NCBI GenBank assembly: GCA_016717725.1
Contig: JADKFA010000008.1
Location: 114,118-178,117, forward strand
Direction of reading: 5' to 3'
From: Bacteroidota bacterium
GTDB taxonomy: Bacteria; Bacteroidota; Bacteroidia; AKYH767-A; OLB10
Length of the DNA: 64,000 bases
Part shown: one piece after another, positions 28,299 to 38,967 of the stretch
Layout: each line of letters opens with the position of its first letter
Position numbering within the stretch: the stretch's first letter is position 1
Translations under genes and position numbers: made by a program
Notes under the pieces: generated by a model
Database searches by the model: none
Told to the model about the DNA's origin: nothing
What the model saw: the letters and a program-made list of their open reading frames with translations, nothing else

Positions 28299-30734
28299 AT
28301 GGCCAAAAAGAAAATATCGCCCATCAATGAGGAGTTTGATTTCAAACTACTGGTGACCATTGCCAGAAAAAACTTGCTTTGGTTTACATTATTTCTTTTA
28401 ACAGCCATTCTTATTGCATTACTCATTTTAAGGTATACAGCTCCTGTTTATGAGTCAACTTCGGTCATTCAACTTTCAGAACAAGATAATGCACGAAGCA
28501 TATTATCTGAATCTAAAATAAAAAGTTTCACTGAACAAGGCAATAAAATGGCTTCGGCCATTGAATTGATGCGCTCAAAAGTTATTATAGAACGTGTTTT
28601 AAAAAAATTACCCTTACAAGTTAGCTACTACTCGAAAGGTGAAATATTAACTTCAGAACTTTACAAACAATCACCATTTGTAGTTCAAGTACGCGTTAAG
28701 GATAGTGCGATGATTGGTCGACAAATAATAGTTGATTTTCTTTCCAAAGACACCTATAGTATTTCCTATGTTAATTCATTAAATAACCGAGCCAGTTTTA
28801 AAGGTCCGATTCCTTCAGGAGTTTGGATTTCGACTCCTGATTTTGAATTAAATCTTTCCATTTACGATTACGAAACCATTCGTGCACTTCAACAAGACTT
28901 AAGCAAGGACGCCTTCTTTTTTAAAATTAATAGCATATCTGAGTTATCTGGTCAAATTGCAAAATCGTTGCTTATTGTTCCACTTAATGTAGAAGCTCAA
29001 ACGATACAAATTAAACTCAAAGACAAAACACAACAAAAAGCTTCCGACATTGTAAATGGGATTGCAATTGAATTTAACAAATACGATTTAGAAAAGAATT
29101 CTGAAGTTGCCGATAAAATATTAGATTTTATTGACAATACCATTTCGAGTATAGATATTGAATTAAGTAATTCTGAAAACTCACTTGAAAAATTCAAAAA
29201 AGAAAATAAAATTGTAAATCCTGACTTAACTGCTACAGGAATAATGCGTCAGATAGAAGAAATTCAAACTGAAATTTATGCTTACAATCATGAATTGAAT
29301 TTATTTGCCAAGATCAAAAAAGAGGTAAGTGAATCCACGGATATTGGAAAATTTTTACTTAGTCTTTCAGGCAGGAGCGATAATAACATCATAACAGCTC
29401 AATTGGGTCAGCTACAAGATCTATTAGAAAAGCAGGATCAAATTCGACTACAAGCCACTGAGAACAGTGAATTATTCAAATCTATACAGGTTCAGCTTGA
29501 CAACCAATTAAAATTAATTAACAGGACAATTTTAAATGAAGAACTTAACTTCAAGGCTAAAAGAGAAAGTAAGATAAAGGATCTTGCTTCTATAGAGCAA
29601 AAACTTGGTATTATCCCACAACAACAAGCAGAGTACGGACGTCTCACTAGATTATTCACCATAAATGAAAAATTTTACTCCTTGTTACTTGAGAAAAAAG
29701 CTGAATTTTCAATAACACGCGCAGGATATGTACCACAACATATTATTTTACAAAATGATTTAGCTAATTCCGCACCTGTTTCTCCCAACAAAGCTTTAAT
29801 AATTAGTGCTTGCTTAATCATTGGTTTTCTTGCTGGCTTTATTTTGATCATTACTCGGTATTTACTCTATAATGAAATCAATTCATTAGAAGAAGTTGGT
29901 CAGTACACGGAGGCAGCAATGCTTGGAATAGTTCCAAAGTACAAACGTGAAATTCCCATTTCTCAATTACTTGTAGATAAAAATCCTAAGTCAGTAATTT
30001 CAGAAGCATTTAGATCGATACGAACTAACTTGCAATTTATTTCAAATGATGAAGGAGCAAAAGTGATTGCCCTTACCTCTACCATTTCTGGAGAGGGAAA
30101 AACATTTAATGCTATTAATCTTGCTGGAGTAATCGCATTTTCTGGTTTAAAAGTTGTAATCTTAGACCTTGACATGAGAAAGCCTAAAATCCATTTAGGC
30201 TTTAATGTAGAAAATAATCATGGTATTAGTACTTTGTTAATAGGAAAAGACTTACCTGAAAATTGTATCACTAAAAGCTCTTTAGCTAATCTCGACTTCA
30301 TAACGGCAGGACCCATTCCACCCAATCCAGCTGAATTAATAATTAATCCTAAAATGGAAAAATTGTTACAGTATTTAAAAGGAATTTATGATATTATTAT
30401 TATTGACTTACCTCCTGTAGGAATTGTGAGTGATGGAATCCCGATTATGCAGGTAGCGGACTATCCATTATACATTTTAAGAGCTAATTATTCAAGAAAA
30501 ATGTTTATTGCTCAAATAAATAAATTGATAACAGAGAACAAAGTAAAAAATATTTCTGTCATTTTAAATGGTGTTGAAATGTCGAAACTGAAATACGGTT
30601 ACGGCTATGGATATAGTTATGGATACGGTTATGGCTATGGATACAGCTATGGGTATGGTTACTATGAAGAAGAAGACGAACCTAAAACTTTGTTCAATAA
30701 AATTTCAGACTTATTCAAAAAGAAAAAAGCTTAG
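28299..30734 (+). CDS. wzc: Polysaccharide co-polymerase / BY-kinase tyrosine autokinase Wzc (PCP-2a)
   Basis: Wzz-type N-terminus with two TM segments, Walker A GEGKTFNAINLA, and a C-terminal Tyr cluster KYGYGYGYSYGYGYGYGYSYGYGYYEEEDE. Confidence 0.85.
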   Translation: MAKKKISPINEEFDFKLLVTIARKNLLWFTLFLLTAILIALLILRYTAPVYESTSVIQLSEQDNARSILSESKIKSFTEQGNKMASAIELMRSKVIIERVLKKLPLQVSYYSKGEILTSELYKQSPFVVQVRVKDSAMIGRQIIVDFLSKDTYSISYVNSLNNRASFKGPIPSGVWISTPDFELNLSIYDYETIRALQQDLSKDAFFFKINSISELSGQIAKSLLIVPLNVEAQTIQIKLKDKTQQKASDIVNGIAIEFNKYDLEKNSEVADKILDFIDNTISSIDIELSNSENSLEKFKKENKIVNPDLTATGIMRQIEEIQTEIYAYNHELNLFAKIKKEVSESTDIGKFLLSLSGRSDNNIITAQLGQLQDLLEKQDQIRLQATENSELFKSIQVQLDNQLKLINRTILNEELNFKAKRESKIKDLASIEQKLGIIPQQQAEYGRLTRLFTINEKFYSLLLEKKAEFSITRAGYVPQHIILQNDLANSAPVSPNKALIISACLIIGFLAGFILIITRYLLYNEINSLEEVGQYTEAAMLGIVPKYKREIPISQLLVDKNPKSVISEAFRSIRTNLQFISNDEGAKVIALTSTISGEGKTFNAINLAGVIAFSGLKVVILDLDMRKPKIHLGFNVENNHGISTLLIGKDLPENCITKSSLANLDFITAGPIPPNPAELIINPKMEKLLQYLKGIYDIIIIDLPPVGIVSDGIPIMQVADYPLYILRANYSRKMFIAQINKLITENKVKNISVILNGVEMSKLKYGYGYGYSYGYGYGYGYSYGYGYYEEEDEPKTLFNKISDLFKKKKA
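30594..30665 (+). repeat. Imperfect hexanucleotide (GGnTAy) tandem repeat encoding the (Gly-Tyr)n tail of Wzc
   Basis: Twelve consecutive 6-nt units are visible in the sequence. Confidence 0.6.
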
Positions 30735-30737
30735 CGA

Positions 30738-31304
30738 ATGGAAGTAAATCGATTTAACATAGAAGGCCCTCTCTTATTTAAACCAAAAATTTTTTATGAT
30801 GATCGAGGATATTTTTATGAATCTTATAATGAAGAAGTATTTCATTCATTAGGACTTCAAAAGAAGTTCGTTCAAGACAATCAATCGTGCAGCCACAAAA
30901 ATGTTTTGCGAGGCTTACATTTTCAGCATCCTCCCTTCGACCAAGGGAAATTAGTGCGTGTATTAAAAGGACGTGTTTATGATGTTGCTGTTGACATTCG
31001 AAAAAATTCACCCACGTTTGGACAACATTTACGGGTTGAATTGAGTGCATTCAACAACTTTATCTTCTGGATCCCGCCGGGATTCGCACATGGTTTCTTA
31101 TCTTTGGAAGAGGATACTATTTTTCTGTATAAATGTACTAACGTTTATCATAAAGAATCAGAAAGTGGTATTTTGTGGAATGATAAGGATCTGTCTATTG
31201 ACTGGGGCTGCGACGCGACGCCCATCGTCTCCGAAAAAGATATGGAACTTCCCTCCTTCCAAGAATTAGAATCAAAATTTGAAATTTTGACACCCAATGA
31301 CTGA
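30738..31304 (+). CDS. rfbC: dTDP-4-dehydrorhamnose 3,5-epimerase
   Basis: RmlC cupin motifs VLRGLHFQ, KLVRVLKGRVYDVAVDIRKNSPTFGQ and WIPPGFAHGF. Confidence 0.85.
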   Translation: MEVNRFNIEGPLLFKPKIFYDDRGYFYESYNEEVFHSLGLQKKFVQDNQSCSHKNVLRGLHFQHPPFDQGKLVRVLKGRVYDVAVDIRKNSPTFGQHLRVELSAFNNFIFWIPPGFAHGFLSLEEDTIFLYKCTNVYHKESESGILWNDKDLSIDWGCDATPIVSEKDMELPSFQELESKFEILTPND

Positions 31305-32442
31305 ACAGTTTCTTCAACATAGTAGCTTCATTCTGTACTCGCTCTTTTTAATAATAGCGGTAACATTTTCTTTGATGATCAACGCCTTATTTTTACGTTT
31401 CTTCAAAACACTAGGCATTCGAAATAATTTAGATGGAACTATCATTCGATGGGGCGCTATGTCTAAACCTAGTATTGGAGGCATTACTTTTTATATTATG
31501 TTCCTTCTTTCTTTAGCCAGTTATTCTATTTTATTTGAACCTGCACAAGATGCATATCAACTCGGTTTTGTTGGACTTCTTTTATCGAGTGGTACTGGTT
31601 TTTTGATTGGATTGGCTGACGATGCATACAACACGAAGCCTTGGCTAAAATTTGGAGTTCAACTTCTATCTGGAATAATTTTAATTAGTACAGGAATAAG
31701 CATTCATATTTTCTCGAGTGATTTATTGAATTATACAGTAACCTTATTTTGGGTAGTTGGCATTATGAATTCCATTAATATGCTCGATAATATGGATGGA
31801 ATTACTTCCATTGTTTCCATTGGAATTATTCTTAATACCATTTACATTATTATTTATAACAATGATATTTTAAATATGCATTTGTTAGTGTTAATAGGTG
31901 TATTAGCTTCTTTGATTGCATTCTTGCGATTTAATTGGCATCCTTCTAAAATGTATATGGGTGACACGGGAAGTCAATTCTTGGGTGTCTTTTTAGCAAC
32001 GATGGGAATTATTTATTTTTGGAATGATCCTTACTCTTCAGAAGCACCTGCTACTGGAAAATTATTAGCTGGAACAATAATGACTTTTATACTTCCCATT
32101 TTAGATACCACCGTGGTGGTTGTAAATAGACTTTCGGCAGGTCGTTCTCCGTTTGTTGGAGGAAAAGATCATACCACACATAGCCTTGCTATACTTGGAT
32201 TAAGTGATTCTCAAGTTAGTTTTGTTTTTGTTGGTCTCGCCTTACTTTCCCTTTTGATGAATGTTCTCATTGAAGAATTTATTGGTGAATGGAATTATTC
32301 TGCCTCCATTTTCTTCTGTTCTTACTTCGTCATTTTATTAAGCTTCTTCTTTTACACAACAAGAAATAAGAAAATTAAAAGCAGAGGTCGTCTTCGAGAA
32401 ATCAAACTAAGTCAAGAAGAAACTTCAAGCGTACAAAACTAA
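31297..32442 (+). CDS. Undecaprenyl-phosphate sugar-1-phosphate transferase (MraY/WecA family, GT4 polyprenyl-phosphate transferase)
   Basis: About 10 TM helices, with the [15 protein letters not shown] and [10 protein letters not shown] motifs. Confidence 0.8.
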   Translation: MTEQFLQHSSFILYSLFLIIAVTFSLMINALFLRFFKTLGIRNNLDGTIIRWGAMSKPSIGGITFYIMFLLSLASYSILFEPAQDAYQLGFVGLLLSSGTGFLIGLADDAYNTKPWLKFGVQLLSGIILISTGISIHIFSSDLLNYTVTLFWVVGIMNSINMLDNMDGITSIVSIGIILNTIYIIIYNNDILNMHLLVLIGVLASLIAFLRFNWHPSKMYMGDTGSQFLGVFLATMGIIYFWNDPYSSEAPATGKLLAGTIMTFILPILDTTVVVVNRLSAGRSPFVGGKDHTTHSLAILGLSDSQVSFVFVGLALLSLLMNVLIEEFIGEWNYSASIFFCSYFVILLSFFFYTTRNKKIKSRGRLREIKLSQEETSSVQN

Positions 32443-33122
32443 TTTTTCTTGTTCAGCAAATGAGGACGGCGCTCTTTGGTTCGCTGAAGTGACTTTTCAT
32501 GTTTCCACTGCTCAATATTCTTTTCATGACCTGATAATAAAATATCGGGAACTTTCCATCCTCTAAATTCGGCTGGACGCGTATAAACAGGAGGGGCTAT
32601 TAAATCATCCTGAAATGAATCTGACAGTGCCGATGTTTCATCATTCAAAACACCTGGAATTAATCGAATTACGGTATCGCATAAAACAGCTGCACCTAAC
32701 TCTCCTCCTGACAGCACATAATCGCCAATACTAATTTCACGTGTAATAAAATGTTCGCGCACTCGCTCATCTACGCCTTTATAATGTCCACAAAGTATAA
32801 TCATATTTCCACAAAGTGATAACTGGTTTGCTAAAGGTTGATCCAACATCGTTCCATCTGGACTCATATAAATAACCTCTTCGTAATCATTTTTACTTTT
32901 CAACGTTTCAATACAAAGAGCAATAGGTTCAATCATCATCACCATTCCGGCGCCACCACCAAATGCATAATCATCGGTATTACGGTGTTTGCTTAATGCA
33001 TAATCTCTTAAATTAATTAAATTCACTTCCACCAATCCTTTTTCCTGAGCACGTTTCAAAATAGAATGTTGAAAAGGACTCTCTAGTAATTCGGGATGTA
33101 CGGTGATGATATCGATACGCAT
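32439..33122 (-). CDS. trmD: tRNA (guanine37-N1)-methyltransferase
   Basis: [17 protein letters not shown]... SPOUT fold, 227 aa. Confidence 0.9.
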   Translation of the reverse strand: MRIDIITVHPELLESPFQHSILKRAQEKGLVEVNLINLRDYALSKHRNTDDYAFGGGAGMVMMIEPIALCIETLKSKNDYEEVIYMSPDGTMLDQPLANQLSLCGNMIILCGHYKGVDERVREHFITREISIGDYVLSGGELGAAVLCDTVIRLIPGVLNDETSALSDSFQDDLIAPPVYTRPAEFRGWKVPDILLSGHEKNIEQWKHEKSLQRTKERRPHLLNKKN

Positions 33123-33136
33123 GTTTCGCTTTAATT

Positions 33137-33586
33137 CTATACTTTCTTGATCATTAAATAATGTTGGATGTCGTTATAAAGTAAAAAAGTTTCCTTCACT
33201 TTTATATATCCACAAGCGATATAAAATTCAAGTGCATTTTCACGAGCTTGCAACACTATTGTTTTCACACCTGCATTAATAGCTAAACTTTCCAACTCTT
33301 CCATCATCATCTTTCCAATTCCTTTTCCTCGTTGACCGGTTTCAACAGCCATATATCGAATTTGTGCTTCCAGTGGAGAGTTTAGATGAAAACGACCACA
33401 AGCAATAATATTTCCATCTTCATCAACTAACATCCTCTGCAAACTATTTTCCTCCTGATCATCGCGCTCTGTTCCTTTAGGTTGCCCCCATGGCTTACGA
33501 AGCAACTTCCATCTAAATAAAAAATACTCCTCAATCCTATTTTCATTGTAGGGATCTGCAAATTTTAATTTACTCATCGTCATCAT
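33137..33586 (-). CDS. GNAT family N-acetyltransferase
   Basis: Acetyl-CoA binding motif [15 protein letters not shown]. Confidence 0.7.
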   Translation of the reverse strand: MMTMSKLKFADPYNENRIEEYFLFRWKLLRKPWGQPKGTERDDQEENSLQRMLVDEDGNIIACGRFHLNSPLEAQIRYMAVETGQRGKGIGKMMMEELESLAINAGVKTIVLQARENALEFYIACGYIKVKETFLLYNDIQHYLMIKKV

Positions 33587-34662
33587 ATACGCTCTATTTT
33601 AAAGGCTATTGTCGCCATTCGCTTACTTATTTTTCCGTTGGGTTCTACTTGCTCCAACACCATTTCTTTTGCAGGAGAATCATTCAATACCTCATCTAAC
33701 TTTCTAATTTTCGCTGCTGGTACTTTTGCTTGGTGCAACTTTGATAAAACTGTACTAGCATCTTGCTTGCTAAACAATGCAGTCAACTCAGATAGTAAAT
33801 CAATTCTATTTTTTACACGATCCGCGTTGGTGATATATTTTCTTTCTGTTGAAAGTGATTGTTTTTCCAAAACATCACATAAATTTCGAAATTGGCCGTC
33901 GGTACCCACCGCTAACAAAATAGGTTGTTGGTCTTTACTCAATACCTTTTCACCATAAGGTGCAATATTGGGATGCAAGGAACCTAACTGCGACGGCACT
34001 ACGTTCGTATTAAGATAGGTACTGGATTGATTTATTAATGATGCCAAAGCAGATTGGTACAACGAAGTGGACACGATGGCTCCTCTTCCAGTTTTCTCAC
34101 GTTTCCACAAAGCTAAAAGTACACCCTCTTTGAGTTGATGAGCTGCCAAAATATCAATGAACGCAATGGGAAGTTTTAAAGGATCGTCACCAGGGTTTCC
34201 ATTGATGGACATCATTCCTGATTCCGCTTGCAAAACAGCATCATAAGCTACACGATCATCAGAATCAAAGCCATGGATTTCACCAATGATCAATGAAGGA
34301 TAACGTTCAAGCAGAACCGAACTTTTCAAATCAAACTTTTGGGCATCGCCCTCCTTAAAGTTGACGATGAGCACATCTGCACTTTGCAAATATTCTGTAA
34401 GTAGTGAACGATCGGATGATTCTCCCAAATCAAGAAAAACAATTTGCTTATGCCAATTCACACTGTGATAGTAAGCAGAAGCAGGATCTTCTTTTGATTC
34501 ATGAGCTGATTTCCAACCACGAGTTGGGTCACCTCCGGTTCTCTTATTCTCTATCTTTACTACCTCAGCACCCAATTCAGCGAAAAACATTCCCACAGCC
34601 GGACCCGCCAAAACAGTGGCCAATTCAACTACTTTAAGTCCTTTCAGGGTATCCGTCAACAT
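33583..34662 (-). CDS. CoA-transferase family III (CaiB/BaiF-like)
   Basis: N-terminal LKGLKVVELATVLAGPAVGMFFAELGAEVVKIE. Confidence 0.8.
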   Translation of the reverse strand: MLTDTLKGLKVVELATVLAGPAVGMFFAELGAEVVKIENKRTGGDPTRGWKSAHESKEDPASAYYHSVNWHKQIVFLDLGESSDRSLLTEYLQSADVLIVNFKEGDAQKFDLKSSVLLERYPSLIIGEIHGFDSDDRVAYDAVLQAESGMMSINGNPGDDPLKLPIAFIDILAAHQLKEGVLLALWKREKTGRGAIVSTSLYQSALASLINQSSTYLNTNVVPSQLGSLHPNIAPYGEKVLSKDQQPILLAVGTDGQFRNLCDVLEKQSLSTERKYITNADRVKNRIDLLSELTALFSKQDASTVLSKLHQAKVPAAKIRKLDEVLNDSPAKEMVLEQVEPNGKISKRMATIAFKIERI

Positions 34663-34665
34663 TCA

Positions 34666-35589
34666 TCACAATCTTGGCTTCAAAAATACTTCAGCCAGCA
34701 TGCATCGAATGCCACCTCCTCCAATTTTTTCAATCATAGGTATGTCAACAACCAGAAAGTTGGATCGTTTAGAAATCAAGCCTTTCTGCTCAAGTGTCAG
34801 GTTTTGATAGGCTGAAGACGAACAAATCGTAAATAATTTCCCTTCTTTATTTTGAAGTTGAAGCATGTTTCCACAAAAATTCAAAACCTGATCCCAGGAT
34901 ATTGAAATAGCGTCCAATTCACCTTCCTTAAAGTACTGCAAGAGCCGCAATCTCTCCATGGGATCAATAATTCCATCTTCATAATAAAGCACATAACCCA
35001 ATCCGATATTCATGATCACATTGGTATGGTAGATGGGTTGTTGATGGATATCTAAGCAGGTAAATAAAAACGGAGTATAGTTTAAAACTGAACAAACATC
35101 ATTAAGAACTGCTTCATACGTTCTTGGACTACGAATCGAATAGCCAATTTTATGCAGATGGTCAAAGACAATACTGCCCGTTCCTTCTAAAAACAAATTC
35201 TCTTTTTCATAAATACTAAAATCATGAATTTCATTCACCACAAAATTACTTTTCAAATCAGCGAGCATGTTTCCATTTCTTTCTCTTTGGCGATTGGCTG
35301 CCATCATTGGATAAATCAACAATTTATTTTGATCATGCGTGCTAAAACAATTATTTGGAAATATACAGTCAGGAGCTAACAAATCATCAGAATGAGAAAC
35401 GAGAACCTCAATTCCAACATTTCTCAATTGATCCACCACTCTATCAAACTCCACTAATGCTAATTCGGATACTTTTTCAACTTCCAATTTATTTTGAAAA
35501 GAATTACTGCTCGAAGTTTCAGGATTAAAACCAAATAGCGCTGGACGAACCATCAAAACGGAATGCGCAATATGATTGTGAACTAACAT
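34666..35589 (-). CDS. Amidinotransferase/arginine-deiminase-superfamily hydrolase (CtlX-like citrulline utilisation hydrolase?)
   Basis: ~305 aa with a C-terminal GGGIRCM catalytic-Cys motif typical of the superfamily. Exact family is uncertain. Confidence 0.45.
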   Translation of the reverse strand: MLVHNHIAHSVLMVRPALFGFNPETSSSNSFQNKLEVEKVSELALVEFDRVVDQLRNVGIEVLVSHSDDLLAPDCIFPNNCFSTHDQNKLLIYPMMAANRQRERNGNMLADLKSNFVVNEIHDFSIYEKENLFLEGTGSIVFDHLHKIGYSIRSPRTYEAVLNDVCSVLNYTPFLFTCLDIHQQPIYHTNVIMNIGLGYVLYYEDGIIDPMERLRLLQYFKEGELDAISISWDQVLNFCGNMLQLQNKEGKLFTICSSSAYQNLTLEQKGLISKRSNFLVVDIPMIEKIGGGGIRCMLAEVFLKPRL

Positions 35590-35591
35590 TA

Positions 35592-36023
35592 TTAAATGTC
35601 TTTACTCGTTTCAATAAAATACTTTATTGCTAATTCATACCCTTTTAATCCTAATCCACCGATGAGTCCTACGCATTTATTAGCCATTAAACTCTGATGA
35701 CGAAATTCTTCTCTTGCAAAAACATTAGAAATATGCAATTCAATTACAGGAGTACGAATGGCAGCGACTGCATCAGCAATAGCCACTGAAGTATGCGTAT
35801 AACCACCTGCATTAAAAATAATTCCATGAGAAGAAAAACCAACTTCATGCAAACGATTGATGAGTTCACCTTCCACGTTACTTTGAAAATAATGAAGGTC
35901 AATCTCTGTATAACGTTCCTTTAAACTAGAAAAATATTCTTCAAATGTCTTCACACCATACACTTCAGGTTCGCGAATACCCAACAAATTCAAATTAGGA
36001 CCGTTAATAATATCTATGCGCAT
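35592..36023 (-). CDS. aroQ: 3-dehydroquinate dehydratase type II
   Basis: MRIDIINGPNLNLLGIREPEVYG... the ORF extends 3 codons further upstream (to 36032). Confidence 0.85.
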   Translation of the reverse strand: MRIDIINGPNLNLLGIREPEVYGVKTFEEYFSSLKERYTEIDLHYFQSNVEGELINRLHEVGFSSHGIIFNAGGYTHTSVAIADAVAAIRTPVIELHISNVFAREEFRHQSLMANKCVGLIGGLGLKGYELAIKYFIETSKDI

Positions 36024-36073
36024 CATGTACAAATTTACAAAAAATATGAATCATTAATTATCTTCGTACAGTC

Positions 36074-36976
36074 ATGAACGCCTGGACACCCTACATTAAA
36101 GGATTTAGAAGTTATTCTCAATTGGAACGATCACTGTCCTCCAATACGGTAGAAGCTTATGAGCATGATATTGAAAAATTAGTACAGTTTTTAGACTTTA
36201 AACAATACAATTTATCACCCGAACAAATCAAGCATGAACATCTTCAAGAATTTCTACGTTGGGTGAGTGATTTGGGAATGATGGCGCGAACACAAGCACG
36301 AGTGTTATCAGGAGTAAAAGCATTTTACAAATACTTATTGATGGAAAATGTTTTACAAGATGATCCTACAGAATTGATAGAAGGTCCGAGTATTGGTAAA
36401 AAACTTCCTGACTTCCTTACGGTAGAAGAAATAAATTTATTGTTATCCGCTGTTGATTTAAGTTTACCAGAGGGACAACGCAACAAAGCGATGCTCGAGA
36501 CATTATATTCTTGCGGTTTGCGTGTATCAGAACTTATCGGATTACAACTAAGTCAAAGTTATTTTAACGATGGTTTTGTTAAAGTCACTGGAAAAGGAAA
36601 TAAAGAAAGAATTATTCCGATGGGAAATTCTGCCATCAAACAAATTATACTCTATACCGATGGGATTCGAAATCATTTACCGATCCAAAAAGGACATGAA
36701 GATTATATTTTTTTAAATCGTAGAGGACGTAAATTAAGTCGTGTAATGGTTTTTATGATCATTAAAGCTTTAGCATTGAAAGCAGGAGTTAGAACAACAA
36801 TAAGTCCCCATACATTTCGACATTCATTTGCTACACATTTAATTGAAGGCGGTGCCGATTTACGAGCTGTACAAGAGATGCTAGGACACAGCAGCATTAC
36901 CACTACAGAAATTTACACTCATCTTGATAAGGACTATTTACGCTCTGCCATTTTGCAGTTTCACCCACGCAAATAG
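36074..36976 (+). CDS. xerD: Tyrosine recombinase XerD/XerC (chromosome dimer resolution)
   Basis: Phage-integrase-fold catalytic residues (R..H..R..Y region HTFRHSFATHLIEGGADLRAVQEMLGHSSITTTEIYTH). Adjacency to aroQ is the conserved Bacteroidetes context. Confidence 0.8.
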   Translation: MNAWTPYIKGFRSYSQLERSLSSNTVEAYEHDIEKLVQFLDFKQYNLSPEQIKHEHLQEFLRWVSDLGMMARTQARVLSGVKAFYKYLLMENVLQDDPTELIEGPSIGKKLPDFLTVEEINLLLSAVDLSLPEGQRNKAMLETLYSCGLRVSELIGLQLSQSYFNDGFVKVTGKGNKERIIPMGNSAIKQIILYTDGIRNHLPIQKGHEDYIFLNRRGRKLSRVMVFMIIKALALKAGVRTTISPHTFRHSFATHLIEGGADLRAVQEMLGHSSITTTEIYTHLDKDYLRSAILQFHPRK

Positions 36977-37175
36977 TGGAATAAAATATGACTTTTTAAA
37001 AAAGATCTCTGAACGTTGAGAAGAAATAATAACTTCTTGTAATTGCATAAATAACTGTTAATCCGACCATTAATTTCAAAAAAACGGGAAACCGCTGCCT
37101 GTATTCCCCATTTACAATTGGTTTTTTTTGGGGTTAAATCAATAAGTTCTAATTTTATCAAAATACAATATTTAC

Positions 37176-37892
37176 ATGGCTTATATTTATCAAGACGCAT
37201 CGATCGTAGACATCGTAGACGAGACAGAAAAAGTAAAACGATTCTTCATTAAAGTTCCAGATGAAATACCATTTTCTTTTAAAGCAGGTCAATTCATTAT
37301 GTTGGATTTACCCCTTGATTCGAAGTACACAAATCGCAGTTATTCTATAGCATCGGCACCATCTCAAGATAATATATTTGAATTGTGCATTGTACTAAAT
37401 GAAAAAGGATTGGGAACACCGCTCTTATGGGAGAAGTACGATGTAGGTACACAAATAAAAGTTTCAAAAGTTCTTGGAAAGTTTCAATTACCTGATCCTA
37501 TTGATCGCGACATCTGTTTTATCGGAACTGGAACTGGAGTTGCTCCTTTACGATCACAAATAATACATATCCTAAAAAATAATATTCCACATAAAAATTT
37601 ATACTTAATCTTTGGCAATCGTTGGGAGAAAGATATTCTTTATCGCAAGGAGTTAGAAGATTTAGCTGCTGAATATCCAAGCTTCCAATTTATACCTGTT
37701 CTATCACGTGAAAATGAAGGATGGAAAGGAAAGTCAGGATACGTTCATAGTATTTACGAAGAAATATTTAGTGACCAACGCCCTGCCTATTTCTACATCT
37801 GTGGATGGGCAGATATGCTAAAAGAAGCAAGACAAAGACTAGAAATTCTTGGATACGATAAGAAAGCAATTCGTTTTGAGTCTTACGATTAA
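37176..37892 (+). CDS. Ferredoxin-NADP reductase-like FAD/NAD(P)-binding oxidoreductase
   Basis: RSYSIAS FAD motif; GTGTGVAPL NAD(P) motif. Confidence 0.65.
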   Translation: MAYIYQDASIVDIVDETEKVKRFFIKVPDEIPFSFKAGQFIMLDLPLDSKYTNRSYSIASAPSQDNIFELCIVLNEKGLGTPLLWEKYDVGTQIKVSKVLGKFQLPDPIDRDICFIGTGTGVAPLRSQIIHILKNNIPHKNLYLIFGNRWEKDILYRKELEDLAAEYPSFQFIPVLSRENEGWKGKSGYVHSIYEEIFSDQRPAYFYICGWADMLKEARQRLEILGYDKKAIRFESYD

Positions 37893-37968
37893 TAATTTAC
37901 AAAGTATATTAAACTAATTTGCGCTTTGAATTGTTAATCCTCCTCTTGCTAATCAATTTCAATTAAAA

Positions 37969-38967
37969 ATGCTAAGCGAGAATCGATTGAAAAAACTGAA
38001 TCAACTATTAAATCAAAATCCTGCTTCTGAATTCGGATTTGGGAATACCAGTAATGAATCGGGACAGCGCATCTTAAATAAAGATGGTTCAGCCAATATA
38101 AATCGCATTGGTGAACCACGCTTCAACGTAGTGAACATTTATCATTCACTCATTACAATATCATGGACAAAATTCATTTTCGTCGTATTCAGTTTTTATT
38201 TCATACTTAATTTAATCTTTTCACTACTCTACTATTTCTTATGTCCTGATACCATTGCAGGGATGATCTATACTACAGAGCTAGAAAAATTCTTGGAAAT
38301 ATTTTTCTTCAGTTCACAATCGCTCACTACGGTAGGTTATGGCAGATTAAATCCGACTGGGATAATTGCAAGTTCTATTGCAGGGATTGAATCCATGATG
38401 GGGTTATTAGGCTTTGCCTTAGCAACAGGTTTACTTTATGGACGGTTTTCCCGACCTACAGCAAAACTTTTATACAGCGAAAATATTATAATAGCTCCTT
38501 ACGCTCATCCCACTTTTTCAAAAGAGGCCCCTACTGCGCTTATGTTTAGAATTACCAATGCACGAAAAAATCAACTTATTGAAGTGGAAGCGATGGTTTT
38601 ATTTTCTTATAATCAAAATGTAAATGGGGTCATACAACGTAAATTTACCAACTTAAAATTAGAAATTTCCAAGATCAATTTTCTTGCTTTATCCTGGACC
38701 ATAGTTCATCCTATCAACGAAGAAAGTCCACTCTACAACTTGGCAGAAAAAGATCTAGAAGAATTGGAAGCTGAATTCATGATCAGTATAAAAGCCATAG
38801 ATGATACATACGTGCAACAAATCTTCAATCGTAATTCCTACTATTGGAAAGAGCTCATCTGGGGGGCCAAATTTATTTCTATGGTTACTAAGTCTGACAC
38901 TGGAAAAACAATCATCGATTTGAAAAAAATATCACAAATTGAAAAAATTGAATTCGAACATGCCTAA
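37969..38967 (+). CDS. Inward-rectifier-type (KirBac-like) potassium channel
   Basis: Two TM helices flanking a pore helix and selectivity filter TTVGYG, with a large cytoplasmic C-domain; ~330 aa. Confidence 0.75.
   Translation: MLSENRLKKLNQLLNQNPASEFGFGNTSNESGQRILNKDGSANINRIGEPRFNVVNIYHSLITISWTKFIFVVFSFYFILNLIFSLLYYFLCPDTIAGMIYTTELEKFLEIFFFSSQSLTTVGYGRLNPTGIIASSIAGIESMMGLLGFALATGLLYGRFSRPTAKLLYSENIIIAPYAHPTFSKEAPTALMFRITNARKNQLIEVEAMVLFSYNQNVNGVIQRKFTNLKLEISKINFLALSWTIVHPINEESPLYNLAEKDLEELEAEFMISIKAIDDTYVQQIFNRNSYYWKELIWGAKFISMVTKSDTGKTIIDLKKISQIEKIEFEHA

Noticed and set aside
36074-36976. Tyrosine recombinase as a marker of an integrated mobile element
   Set aside because: The XerD-type sequence and adjacency to aroQ match the conserved chromosomal dimer-resolution context. 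No flanking tRNA, direct repeats or phage/ICE genes are present.
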